A stretch of 64,000 nucleotides of DNA from the human T2T-CHM13v2.0 reference genome, Homo sapiens, in NCBI RefSeq assembly GCF_009914755.1, contig NC_060931.1. One strand, written 5' to 3'. The notes under the pieces are model-generated. The model had not been told where the DNA came from. It ran no database searches and saw nothing but the letters and a program-made list of their open reading frames with translations. Shown here one piece after another: positions 13,111-26,435 of this stretch. Position 1 is the stretch's first letter, and every line of letters begins with the position of its first letter. Made by a program: the position numbers and the translations under genes.

Positions 13111-13660
13111 TAAATAATTTAATAAACAAGTGTGTGCAAGGAAAAGTTATAACAAGATTACTCCCATTTTTATTCGTTTTTATATTTTTATAGTGTTTAC
13201 CACTTTCCCTTGTGAACACATGCTTATTCTTAAATTATTTACATTGAAAGGATTAAGCATTAACTTTTATGTTTTAAGTTAATTACAGTTGAATTTCTTT
13301 CTTTTTTATTTTTCATTTTACACTCCTTGTTAAAATTCTTTTAAATCATTGCCGACTTGGCAGTTTATTGCCTTGATAACAGCAAATGAGTATCTGATTC
13401 TTCCTTTACCCCAAATTGCCACTTTTCTTGTTGATCAGCAGCATCACTGAGTGAAAACCAGCAACAGCCGAAGTCAATATTTATAACTTTATCATTAGAC
13501 CTTAAAATCTTATGTTAGAAATTTATGGTAGTGCATCAGGTGGAGAGAGAAAGTTCCATGGGAAGCTAAACCTCTGCTTAAAGGCTTTGTGAAACTTGGC
13601 TAGTAAGAAGCATAGTTGCTGTTTCATGAAAGTAACTATTTGCTAGGGAGCCATCTTGAA

Positions 13661-13709
13661 AGGATTATTTCTGTGACACTATGTACTGGGGAAATTTTTA
13701 TTGAGACTT
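13661..13709 (+). repeat. Copy 1 of a ~45-bp dispersed direct repeat
   Basis: aggattatttctgtgacactatgtactggggaaattt; recurs at 14291. Confidence 0.9.
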
Positions 13710-14189
13710 TGTATTGATGTTGTCACATAATGTTTACTGTAGACAGTTTTTTATTTCAGAACTGTAGATAACATTGAGAGTTATAGACTGTCTCAAGCTT
13801 TTCTGACCATATCGAATGAATCAAAGAGTGTCTTTCCTTGTTAGATTTAAGTTGGATTTTCTGTCCTTCCCTTGGAAAATGGTTGTATTTGCTGGTAATT
13901 TGTCTTCATATTTAGTGTAAACTTCCCTTACTTCATTGCCATCTAGCTATTTGTAATTTACAGTATGTGCCACTATAACATGATGTAAAATTCATCTATT
14001 CTGTAAACTTCTTTTGGGCTCTTACCCCATTTCATTATTAGTTGGCCAATAGCATTAACAAGAAGGACTTCTATGTACAAGTCATTATACTGAGACCTTG
14101 AAGGTTTTCTAGCCCAGACACTCCAACACATGATCTTTTCTCTAGCATCCCTTCATCTTGAATTTTGTCCACCCTAACATACTGTTAGT

Positions 14190-14415
14190 AATACAGAACT
14201 CTCCACCTTTTGAGGAAACCCATTCCATCTCTCAATGAAATTAGCTATTAGAAAGCCTTCCTTTAATGCAAAACGCAGTCTCCTCCCAGGAGGATTATTT
14301 CTGTGACAGTATATACTGGGGGAAATTTCCATTGCACTTCTAGCCTTTGGGTTTCTATGGAAATAGTCTAATCTCTCTTCCACAAAACAGTTCTTCAAAT
14401 ATTTGAATGACAGAT
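14190..14415 (-). mobile_element. L3/CR1 fragment carrying copy 2 (14291-14339) of the direct repeat
   Basis: cccattccat...ttagaaag..ttcct...agtctaatctctcttccac..acag..cttcaaatatttgaa.gacag. Confidence 0.65.
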
Positions 14416-16514
14416 CCATAGTTCTATTCTGTAGACTCTGTTGGTTCTCAGATAATGTTAGTTATTGATGAATTTTCTTCCATTATATTTCCTTAGAATT
14501 AGTTTCAAGAAGACCTAAAAAGAACAAATACAAAAATTTAGTTGCGAACTAAAAACTTGAGGCAAGTTGTGAGAAGAAATGTGGGAATGATTGACAGCTG
14601 GCTTGGTTACCTTCTATTGAGTAAATATATAATTATGCCATTTTTTAAAAATGTTGTTTTTTTGAGAAGACAGTAATTGCACTAGTCTATTGTATAATTG
14701 TTAAAGCAATGCTATTTGCTTATTTGTCTTTAATCAATGGGTTTGGACTCACATTGACCTAATATACAAATCTTGCAAACTGCTTTTTGAGGGCACTGGG
14801 GAAGGGAGAAACACATAAAAGATACTGCCAGGTAAATATATATTTAACCAGAAAGAGTCAGCACTGTCAGCTCAGTTCACTGCATATTAGGGAGCAATGA
14901 AAAGGCCTCATTGTGCCTCCTGTGATTGAAATGATATTATCTGGCATGACTGGAAGGGAGTGCTTACTTACAGAATAACTTCTTTGGTCTTTTCAAAGAT
15001 GGTAAGACTTCTCAAGCTTTCTTGTTATTTTATTTTTAGTTAGTTATAGATTTTTCTTTTAGAGTATTTTTCAAACTTCCTTATTTTGATGGTAACTTTT
15101 TAAAAAGTATTGAAATAGTCATAATCAGCTTTTATATTTCTCCTTTTCTAAATGCTTCCATGTATTCAAAAGATAGATTCTCTCCTCACTACAGAAGGCT
15201 AAGAAAACTTCCTTTTCTAGGTCTACAGTAGTCCAGTCTCTTGGTCAAAGGTATACGATACATTAAATCTTTATCTGGAAACCTCTCAGAGGAAGATAAA
15301 GTAATCGACCTTTAGAAATTAAATGTTATAGCATTCGGATAAATAATCATTGGCTATTGTTATTACTTTTCTTGGATTTCGGTGAAGGAAATAAAAGATG
15401 CAGGCTTTTGACCAAATTAGAGCATGGCTTTAATTTCCTGTTATTCCAGCATTGCTACTCTTTCTAATAACCACAAATCAAGGATGACAAACAAACAAAA
15501 CCGCACACTAGATCCCAAAGGCAGCTAAAACAGCTTCTTAGTGACCTTCTTTCTGACCTACATTGTACAAATGAGATGATTGGAAACAGGATAATAATTG
15601 ATTGCAACAATATGACAATCTTGTTAAATGGGCTTAAAATTACATTCTCTACCTGGACAGGGACCTTATAGGGGAGATCTTAGAGGTAACAGGATCCTCA
15701 TGTATGGAGCGTTAGGATTAATTGTTTATGATGGCACTTTACTGAAATGTTCTAAATTTTCATTATTTCTTTCTAACAGATTAGTAAGATGGTATTAATG
15801 GTCCTGCCCTATCTGCTGAGCACAGTTCTTAAAAAAACAGCTTTCTGATATAACGAAAGTCAACTTGGTGAGCTACCAGCTGTTTTAGATTTGGCAGATT
15901 TCACATTCGCTTTGGGATGCCTGTTTGGATATGTTTATAAAGTCATTAATCTTCTGTCTCTCCTCTCTTCCTGCCTTCCTTCCTCTATTACTTGCTGAAT
16001 TCTGGACATACAGCAAAGTGTAAGATGAATCTCTGTCCTCATGGAGCTTACAATCCAAAGCATATTGAAAGAAGAGTTCAAAAATACCAACATTGAATAT
16101 CAAACTATTTGAAATTATGTGCTATATTGGTTTTATTTTTCAATTTTGTATGGATTAACTCGCAATAACAGATAAACACAAGTATGGTGCACTTTGGTAA
16201 TTTTTTGGTGAATGCTGTGGAAGACAGGCCTTTAGTAAGGTTAAATATTCTACTTTCCTCTATTAGATCTCATTTGACTTCACAAGATTCACTTGATAAT
16301 AGTTACAAAGTAAATCCAGTTCTTCAAATGGAAGATAGGATTTAGGTATTTTTTACTTTAGATTTTACTTAAAACTATAGATTACATTTAAATAAGCAGC
16401 ATATTTCACAGAGATTTTCAAAAATATTAGATTTCACCCTAATTTATGTTTTGCACAATATTTCAATGAAAATTTGATGTGGTTGTTAATGTTTTATTCC
16501 TTTTGATCATTGCA

Positions 16515-16690
16515 ATAAAATAATAAAATGTAACATCAGATTTACTGTTTTAACCATTTAAGTGTATGATTCAGTGACATTAAATACATTCACATTGTTA
16601 AACAACCATGAACACCATCTATCTCTAGGATCTCTTCATCTCCCCAAACTGAAATGCTACCCGTTAACCAATAACTTCTTATTTCCCTTT
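16515..16690 (-). mobile_element. L1MB-like 3' end
   Basis: ttttaaccatttaagtgta..attcagtg.cattaa.tacattcacattgt...ccccaaactgaaa. Confidence 0.8.
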
Positions 16691-16934
16691 TATTGCTTGC
16701 TTTCTTTTATGTGAGACATGCATAAATGAATATCCCATATCTTTGGCTTTTTTTTAAGTAATAGGTACTAACTGAAGACTCTCCATTTGTTACTGGGATA
16801 TGAAAAAAAAATAGTAACTTGTAGAACTACTAGACTTCTAGAACTACTACTGTGATCTTGCAAAACAGCAGAGAAAAAAATAAAGAGATAAATAAAATAG
16901 TAACATGTCTAGCCAAATAAAATACTCACTAATA

Positions 16935-17135
16935 CAGTGGAGTAGCATGGAATTTGGCATGAGACCTCAGTTTGAATCCTGACTCTACCATTTAGCTTAA
17001 ATGGTTGCTTCTAGGCAAGTTGCTAACCTCTCTTAGTTGCCTCAGCTATAGAATGGGTATAATAAAAGCTTGTTTTTTCAGCCTCACGTTCATGTTGTGA
17101 GGACCAGAAATTTAATTATATCAAAGTATTCTGAA
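16935..17135 (+). mobile_element. MIR
   Basis: gtttgaatcctgactctacca...ggcaagttgctaacctctct...gttgtgagga. Confidence 0.7.
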
Positions 17136-17179
17136 AATTAGAACTCACATTTCAAAAAAAAATTTAAACAAATCAGACT

Positions 17180-17823
17180 ATGGGAATATAAATTAGTTCA
17201 ACCATTATGGAAGACAGTGTGACGACTCCTCAAAGACCTAGAACAAGAAATACCATTTGACCCAGCAATTCCATTATGAGTTATATACCCAAAGGAACGT
17301 AAATCATTCTGTTATAAAGATGCATGCATACGTATGTTCACTGAAGCACTATTCACAATAGCAAAGACATGGAATCAACCCTAATGCCCATCAGTGATAG
17401 ACTGGACAAAGACAATGTGGTACATATACACCATGGAATACTGTGCAGTCATAAAAAGGAACAAGATCCTGTCCTTTGCAGGGACATGGATAGAGCTGGA
17501 AGCCATTATCCTCAGCAAACTAACACAGGAACAGAAAACCAAACACCACATTTTCACTTACAAGTGGGAGTTAATGAGAACACATGAACCCAGAGAAAGG
17601 AACAACACACACTGGGGCCTGTCAGGGGTATGGAGGGAGGGAGAGCATCAGGATAAATAGCTAAGCATGCGGGGCTTAATACCTAGGTGATGGGTTATAG
17701 GTGCAGCAAACTGATGGGTTGATAGGTGCAGCAAACCACCATGGCACACGTTTACCTATGTAACCAACCTGCACATTCTCCACATGAATCCCAGAACTTA
17801 AAATTAAACAGCAACAGAAAAAA
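17180..17823 (+). mobile_element. 5'-truncated L1PA (about L1PA10-13): ORF2 end plus 3'UTR
   Basis: ORF2 C-terminal remnant MWYIYTMEY..SFAGTWIELEAIILSKLTQEQKTK; 3'UTR to ccagaacttaaa; internal ~24-bp tandem duplication at 17688-17736. Confidence 0.92.
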
Positions 17824-18959
<1,136 letters not shown>

Positions 18960-19937
18960 AAAGAAAGTGCCTCAAATGTTAATGTATATGGCATTTGGCA
19001 TATACAGATATATGGCATAAATGTTTTCCTCTTATTGCCTTTCCTTGCCAATTCTTAACTACTAGTTTTGTCATTACACTTGACACGTCTAGGTGTCACT
19101 CTTTAATTTTCATTCTCCCTGAACTTTAATTTTTACAAGTCTATGGTAACTTTCTCTTCAGTGTTTGTAACTACCACATTTCTATAGAAATCTTAGGGTG
19201 ATCTATTGAGATTCTTCACCCTTCATTTCTAATTCCTCATGATACTATGCAAGTGACAAAAAGGTGGCTTGTGACAGAGAAATATGATATTTAAATAAAA
19301 TCCTTAGAATCAAAAAAGTGCCTAAGTTAACAACTTTTTAAAAGGGCTATTTTACCAACTCCATAATTGACATTCTGTCACTGCTTAGACTTTATTTCAT
19401 TCCTGCTCAACTCAATATATGGATTTTTATACAAACCATTTACCAACCACTAGACAATAGCGCCTCTGGCAGATCAAATTTGTACAGGTAAGTTGTTTGT
19501 TATCCACAGGAGAGCTTCATTGTATCCTTGGGACAGCTTCCGTTAGCAGCCCAGAGTGAGAGTTGGTGACACTCAAAAACTCAAATTATTGATGAGAACA
19601 TCCCAAGTACTAGGAAGAATTTAAAATTAAACCTTTTAAGCCTGTGCAGTCATTATCACATTAAGCAGGGAGATGGTGATGGGTCATAAATTGGTTTTCC
19701 ATTTTACTTAAACAGGACCTGGCAGAATGTAAATGGAACCTTTGAAGTTCACTTATCTCATGATAATTCTTCACTTTTTTTTTTTTTTCGAGATGGTTAT
19801 GAGGTTGAAACTTTAGATCTCTAATTGTTTCTGTTAGATTCCATTTATTGGAAAAATTATATTTCGAGGATTTTTCCCCCGGTTTCTGTATGCCTTCCAG
19901 AAACCCAGGGACTTCTTGAAATTCTAGTTTTCCTGTA

Positions 19938-20185
19938 CAGGTTGAATCTCCCTGATTTTGAATTAGAAAATTCAAAATCTGAAATGCTCCAAGTTTGACA
20001 CTTTTTGAGCACTGACATGACATTCAAAGGAAATGCTCATTTGGAGTATTTTGGATCTTGGATTTCTGGATTAGATATGCTGAACTGGTAAGAATATGTG
20101 ATACAAATATTTTAAAACCTGAAAAAAATCCAAAATCCAAAACACTTCTGATCCCAAGCGTTTTGGATAAGAGATACTCAACCTG
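19938..20185. mobile_element. Tigger4a/MER46A (Zombi) MITE
   Basis: TIRs CAGGTTGA...TCAACCTG flanked by a TA TSD. Confidence 0.88.
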
Positions 20186-20269
20186 TATCGGTTTCATGCA
20201 ACTTTTTGAAATATTAGAGATTTAACAAGTCATGACTCACTTCATTGTCTGTATATCGTAAATGTTAAA

Positions 20270-20646
<377 letters not shown>

Positions 20647-21142
20647 TCAGTTTAAGCAGTGCTTTTTCTTTTTTATAAAGCAGCTGGGATCTGACTTTTA
20701 ATCTTAGCATATTGTTTATAAACCTCTACTAGATGACTTACAAGTTTATCTGAGTCATCTCCATGCACACCACTCATCTTCCTGATCTTTTCTTATAAGG
20801 AAATCTGATTAGTTGCATTAGAAGATTATGTACCTGCCTCAGTTAAATGGGATCTTAGATTCTCTATTTTTGGAGATATGATAGTCCTCCACTTTTTGCC
20901 ATTTGAGACCCTCTGAAGAGTCTTCTTCTAGCATGACTCTATTCTACTCAAAAATCTCTTTTTATCTTTCTCTTCTCTTCTTTTTTCACTTTTTCTGAGG
21001 AACGAGTTGTCTTCTGCTATATCAAGCGAAGCTCCCCATTTGTGTTTTTGATTATAAATTCTCCAAATTTTCTAGAATCTTGCTCCATGATCCCCCACCT
21101 AACCCAATCCAGCCCTCTATTACCATAAGATACTTATTTACT

Positions 21143-21437
21143 TCCCCGGCATGGTGGATTATCCCTGTAATCTCAGCACCTTGGGAGGCCGAGGCAGGCA
21201 GATCACTTGAGGTTAGTTCGAAACCAGCCTGGGCAACAGGGCGAAATTCCATCTCTACAAATAATAATAATATAAAAATTAGCCTGGTGTGGTGGTGCAT
21301 GCCTATAGTCTCAGCTACTTGAGAGGCTGAGGTGGAGGATTGCTGGAGCCAGGGTGGCGGAGATTGCAGTGAGCCTGCATCGCACGACTACACTCCAGCC
21401 TGGGTGACAGAGGGAGACCCTGTCTCAAAAAAAAAAA
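21143..21437 (+). mobile_element. AluJ
   Basis: Diverged dimeric Alu; TSD AAGATA(C/T)TTATTT. Confidence 0.92.
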
Positions 21438-21449
21438 GATATTTATTTT

Positions 21450-22720
21450 CTCTATGTCCACTGATTTCTTTCTTTCTACTTACAAGCATGCTCATTCTCT
21501 CCTTATCCTAAAGAAACCTTCCCCTTACCTGAGATCCTCTCAAGATACTCTTCTACCCCAAGTTTATCCAAACAGTAGGCTGTGTTCCTTTTCTCTACTT
21601 TAACCACCCACTGACTCTACTCTTTCTCTTTTGAATATTTTTTGCCTCATCATTCTGTGTAGAACAGTGTTTTCAGCCCTGGTTGGAATATAATCATCTG
21701 GGTTGCTTTTAGAAACTTCTAATCCTTTGTTTCCATCCTGAAAAATTCTGATTTAATTGGTCAGTGATAAGTCTTCCCACTGATAACTTAAAAAATTACC
21801 CCAGAAGACTCTAATATGCTTTGGGTTGAGGACCATTGCTCTAACTCATCAGTATAATACCTCCTAAAGGTTACATCAACAGATTTCCTTCCCAATATTT
21901 ACCCTTCTAGGTTTATTCTTTCAAAGTAGGAGAAAACATTCCCTATGCCCATAAATATTCACGGTTGAAATAGTGCACCATATTTATCCTCCCACCTTTC
22001 TGACTGCTCATTGTCTTTGTCCTCTTTTGACTGGTCTTCCCCTTTCCTGTTCCAAAAATACTACTTCTGCCCCAATTATTAACCTGGGTAGTTGTTCTAA
22101 TCTATGTAGTCTAGAGTAATGATCTTATTTCCTTGCTTTTCCATTATGTTTGTGTAATATCACCCTACTCTTTCCCCAAACCCAGAATCCTCAAAACAAA
22201 CTGCCTTCTGGACACCTTTTTACATATATCATTGGCATTCTTGTCCAAAGAAGAACCTATTGTCTTGCTGAAATTGTTTTTGTTTTTTCTTTCTAGCTCC
22301 TGTTTCTTCAGCCACCTATGCCATAAACATCATATTTAAATTTTATCTTTCTTTTTGTCACTAACAGTTATTATCTAAAACCTATAGATTCCGTCCTATA
22401 CACTGCTTCTTAATTTGCTATTCTTTTAGTATTCCTCTAGTCATTAATCATATTCTGGCTGCATATGTACAATTATAATAACCTAGTAGCTGGTCTTTAC
22501 TATGTACCACACACTGCTGTCATATTTTCAGGCACAGCCCCAATCTTTTCACTGTCTTTTAATGTGTTCTATGGCTCCTTATTGACTGTAATTGAATCCA
22601 AACAATTAGGATGAAATTCTAGGCACTTGGTAATAGTTCTCTGCCAGCATTTTCAATCCATCTCCATCACTCTTCTGCAGAGACTCTATGCTGCAGCTAA
22701 ACTGGGCTGCTTGCTGTTCC
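21450..22720 (+). mobile_element. Degenerate L2 body
   Basis: Pyrimidine-rich L2-like tracts (ctgccttctggac, tggctccttattg, actgggctgcttgctgttccc). Confidence 0.5.
21665..21843. mobile_element. MER5-family hAT-Charlie MITE
   Basis: cagtgttttc...aatcatctggg...ttctgatttaattggtc...ggttgaggaccattgctcta. Confidence 0.7.
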
Positions 22721-23237
22721 CTAGCCTTTAAACTTTTTTTTTTTTTGACATTTCTTTTCTAGTATAAATGTTCTTTTTTCTTATGAAGCTTATTAATTTT
22801 TTTTCTGACCCCCTTAGGCAGGAAAATTTTTGCCTTGTTCTAGGCTATATAGATCTACCTCATGTTATTAGACTTCCAAATTCAGTATAGAACTGGTAGC
22901 TTACCGTTTCTAGTTGTTTGTATCTCATTTAACCAGGATGTGTTTGTACATTAGAAGATGGCTTGTGGCTGATTGTGATGTATGTGACATCCTGCGACCT
23001 TTGTGTAGCAGATTGTTTTTTCCTTCAAACTATACATGACAAAGAAGAGGTTTTTCAGGTTTGTTTTGTTTTTTAATTACCATGTTTTTGTAGGCCAGAG
23101 GCTATCTTCACAGCCTCCATGATTTATGGAATATGCCATTCAGACTTTCAGTTAAATGACAAAATAAATTCCCTAGAAAGTTGGACCCATATACTTTTAG
23201 ATTCTTTTAACTTTGCCCACTTTTTTGTGCCTCTTGA

Positions 23238-23554
<317 letters not shown>

Positions 23555-24561
23555 CTGCTTGATTATTAAATCCAAATTGTCCTCCTGCTATCTTAAAAGA
23601 AATGAAATTTCTCAGTAGTAGCAAACAATGTCAATCTATTTGAGACCATTAATGACTCATTTATAATGTCAACAGTCACATGAAGGCTAGAAAAATTAAA
23701 TGTGTAGCCTCATTACCTTTGTGGTTAGCATTTCTTGGAAATAGCATGGTGCTTACTTAGTGCAACATTGTAAAAGACAAGAAGAATTCCTTTGGAGAAG
23801 AGCTTTATAGTTGAGAATGTGGATAATGGAATAACAAAATGATAACTTCTTACTCTTTGAGCTGCATTCTACGAGACATTCTTTGTGATTAGCTATCAGA
23901 CTCTGCATGTATGAAGAAGCTCAGTTGTTCCAGTCATTGTGACCTGTTTTTCATAGATAATTTTGACATGTATTTTTGGAGTTTTGAAAACATCATTTTT
24001 AGGGAATATGATTTAAAATATTTTTAAAGTAGTAATTATTAGAAATTATCTAAACTATTAGCTTCTTCTAATTTGAAGATAATGTTACATCTCCAAGGAT
24101 ACTGCAGAAAGGAGCTTGGGTACCATGTGAACCAGCATGCCTGTAAGTTTCCTATCAACTCCAAGTTGTGTTGGTACTTCCATTCTGTTCAAATGGTTAT
24201 CAGCACCTGAAATGAATATGCTCTAGATTAGTCTTCCTTTTTATATATAGAATACACTTATAAAATAGATGGATTACTTTAACAGTTTGTAGCTGTGAAG
24301 AGAGCGAAACCAACCTGCACAATGGAGACTGAAACATAACTTGAGACCCAAAGTGTACTCTTAGCTATAAAATGTAATATAAATGTAAATTATTTGTTGT
24401 GGTTCAAGACCTTATACTCTTACTTCTGGTGCCTTTTATGAATTCCCACCATGGTATAGGACTATACTTTTTCTAATAGAACAACAAAAGACATTTTATG
24501 AAAGGATGGCATTGAAGTTTATCGTGACATCTACCTACCTTACAGAAGCACATGTAGAGGG

Positions 24562-24564
<3 letters not shown>

Positions 24565-24608
<44 letters not shown>
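24565..24608. repeat. (TG)22 microsatellite
   Basis: Perfect dinucleotide run. Confidence 0.97.
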
Positions 24609-24609
<1 letters not shown>

Positions 24610-24612
<3 letters not shown>

Positions 24613-25132
24613 AAAAGAGATTTGTTTCAGGAACTTGACCTCGTTTAATTGTGGGATCTGGCTAAACAGTCTCTGTAAGATTTTTGTCTTCTCAACTCAT
24701 GCTGGAGCTTGAAGTTCACAAGGCAGGCCATCAGAAGACAGAGGGATCATAAAGTCAGGGAGAGCAGTGACAAGCTGGAACTGCTAGAATGGGCTGGAAT
24801 TCATGTCAGTTCTCCCTGTCTCCAGTCCTAATGATGTGGATGTCCTGTAGGAGAAGCATCATGGAGCTAGAGAAACACTTGGCTTACACATCAGTGAAGC
24901 AGAAGGGGGATCCAGGAAAGTTGGAGCAGCTGCCTCATGAAAAGTTGCTAAGCAGCAACATTAAGGCTGAAGCTGCTGAGTGTCTAAAACAGACTGGCTA
25001 CTGCTTTACTTCCACCCTTCACTGCTCTAGCAAAAATGTCTCTTTTAGCCCACCCTAGCCCTAAACACACAGGGAAGAGAATTCTGGGAAATGCAGTTCA
25101 GCCTGGCCAAGTTGCACATTAGAAAGCCACCA
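24610..25132 (-). mobile_element. MLT2-type (MLT2E/F-like) ERVL LTR
   Basis: agagatttgtttcaggaa..tgtggg..ctggc after the (TG)n; end gaattctgggaaatgcagttcagcctggccaagttg. Confidence 0.55.
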
Positions 25133-26069
25133 AAGCAAATAAGCCTTCTGCATAACTTCTCTAATATTTCAAAAGGGTAGTATTCTGCAACCAGGGCTTT
25201 TTCCAACCTTCTCATAATACCTGGATGATGAAATTTGAGGCATAACCAGTGTATTTCCTTGCATCATTATTGTTACTGTGGGGCTGAGAGTCCTATAGCA
25301 TGGCTCATTGTTTTTAAGGGTAAAGGATTCTAATGTAGCAAAATTAAGAGTAAAGAAATGAAGATATTAGAGGAAATTTCTTTGAAAATTTCATCATCAA
25401 TTTATGGCATCCAGTTTTGTAATATTTCATATTATAATGTAGTTTGATTCGATGAGTTAACTTTAGCAAGCAGAAAGATACTACAAGCATGATAATAGTA
25501 ACACTTGCTACCCTCATAGAACTATATGAAATAAAATTCTACTGAGTGTAAAAAAATAATGTTAGAACTTGACAGGAAGACTTGATATGCATTAGCTTGT
25601 GCACTGGAAGCAACAAGTAAGCATATGACCCTTTGAAAACTGTAGGACCATAAAATTCCCAATTTTTCACACATTTTATATATGAGTCTGCATGAATGTT
25701 AGCATGTACATTAATACTAAGACCTGTCCCTTAAACTTCAGGTTCTTGATCTTTTATTACCTGCTGGGATGGCAGAATTGCTTCATAAATGTAGTCCATC
25801 TTCATTTACATAGTGACACTGCTCAGGAGAGTCTCTGTTAAAAAAATTATCTGGAAACACTCCAACACTGTTGGGCAGTTTCATAGTTTGCTGGTTGTCT
25901 TTCATTAGATGTAATCTAACCTTCTTTCCCACGATGACAATATAAAATGCTTCAGAAACACACATCTCAGCAAATTGCTTTTCCTCATGACAATTATTTG
26001 TCCTTCTAATTAACACTATTCAGAATGAGATATTTTCTGAGAAACAAAGTCCCCTTTCTCACTCCCCCT

Positions 26070-26435
26070 TATAATAATAATTGCATCTACTTGTATACAG
26101 AGAGTTTACATATGTCATTTAATGTGATCCTCTAGGAATGATGGCCCCATTAGATAGTAGGCATAGGTTCTCATGGGAATGATGACCCTGTTCGATGAGT
26201 AGGCAGATATTAACATCCTCACATTAGAATTCAGGAAAGGAAGACACTGAGATTTGGAGGTATAATAGCTAGAGTGGTTTCTGTCTGTTACAGTGAGACC
26301 CTATTTGCCACTTTTAGTCAGTTTCCTGTTACTTGCAGCTCAATTAACACTGGTGGAAACAGTCACATACAGGGTAAATACTGGAGCTAGAACTTAAATC
26401 CAGCCCATCTAACAATAAATTCAAAGCTCTTTCAA
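26070..26435 (-). mobile_element. MIR (interrupted; ~40-bp internal tandem duplication at 26130-26207)
   Basis: tttacatatgtcatttaat...ggagctagaacttaaatccag. Confidence 0.55.

Noticed and set aside
17394-17660. ORF resembling a protein domain
   Set aside because: C-terminal remnant of L1 ORF2 in a truncated, decayed element
19455-19475. CTCF-like GCGCCTCTGGCAG
   Set aside because: One base short in the core spacing; poor fit
19661-20023. 120-aa ORF
   Set aside because: Starts inside the Tigger4a MITE; no coding hallmarks
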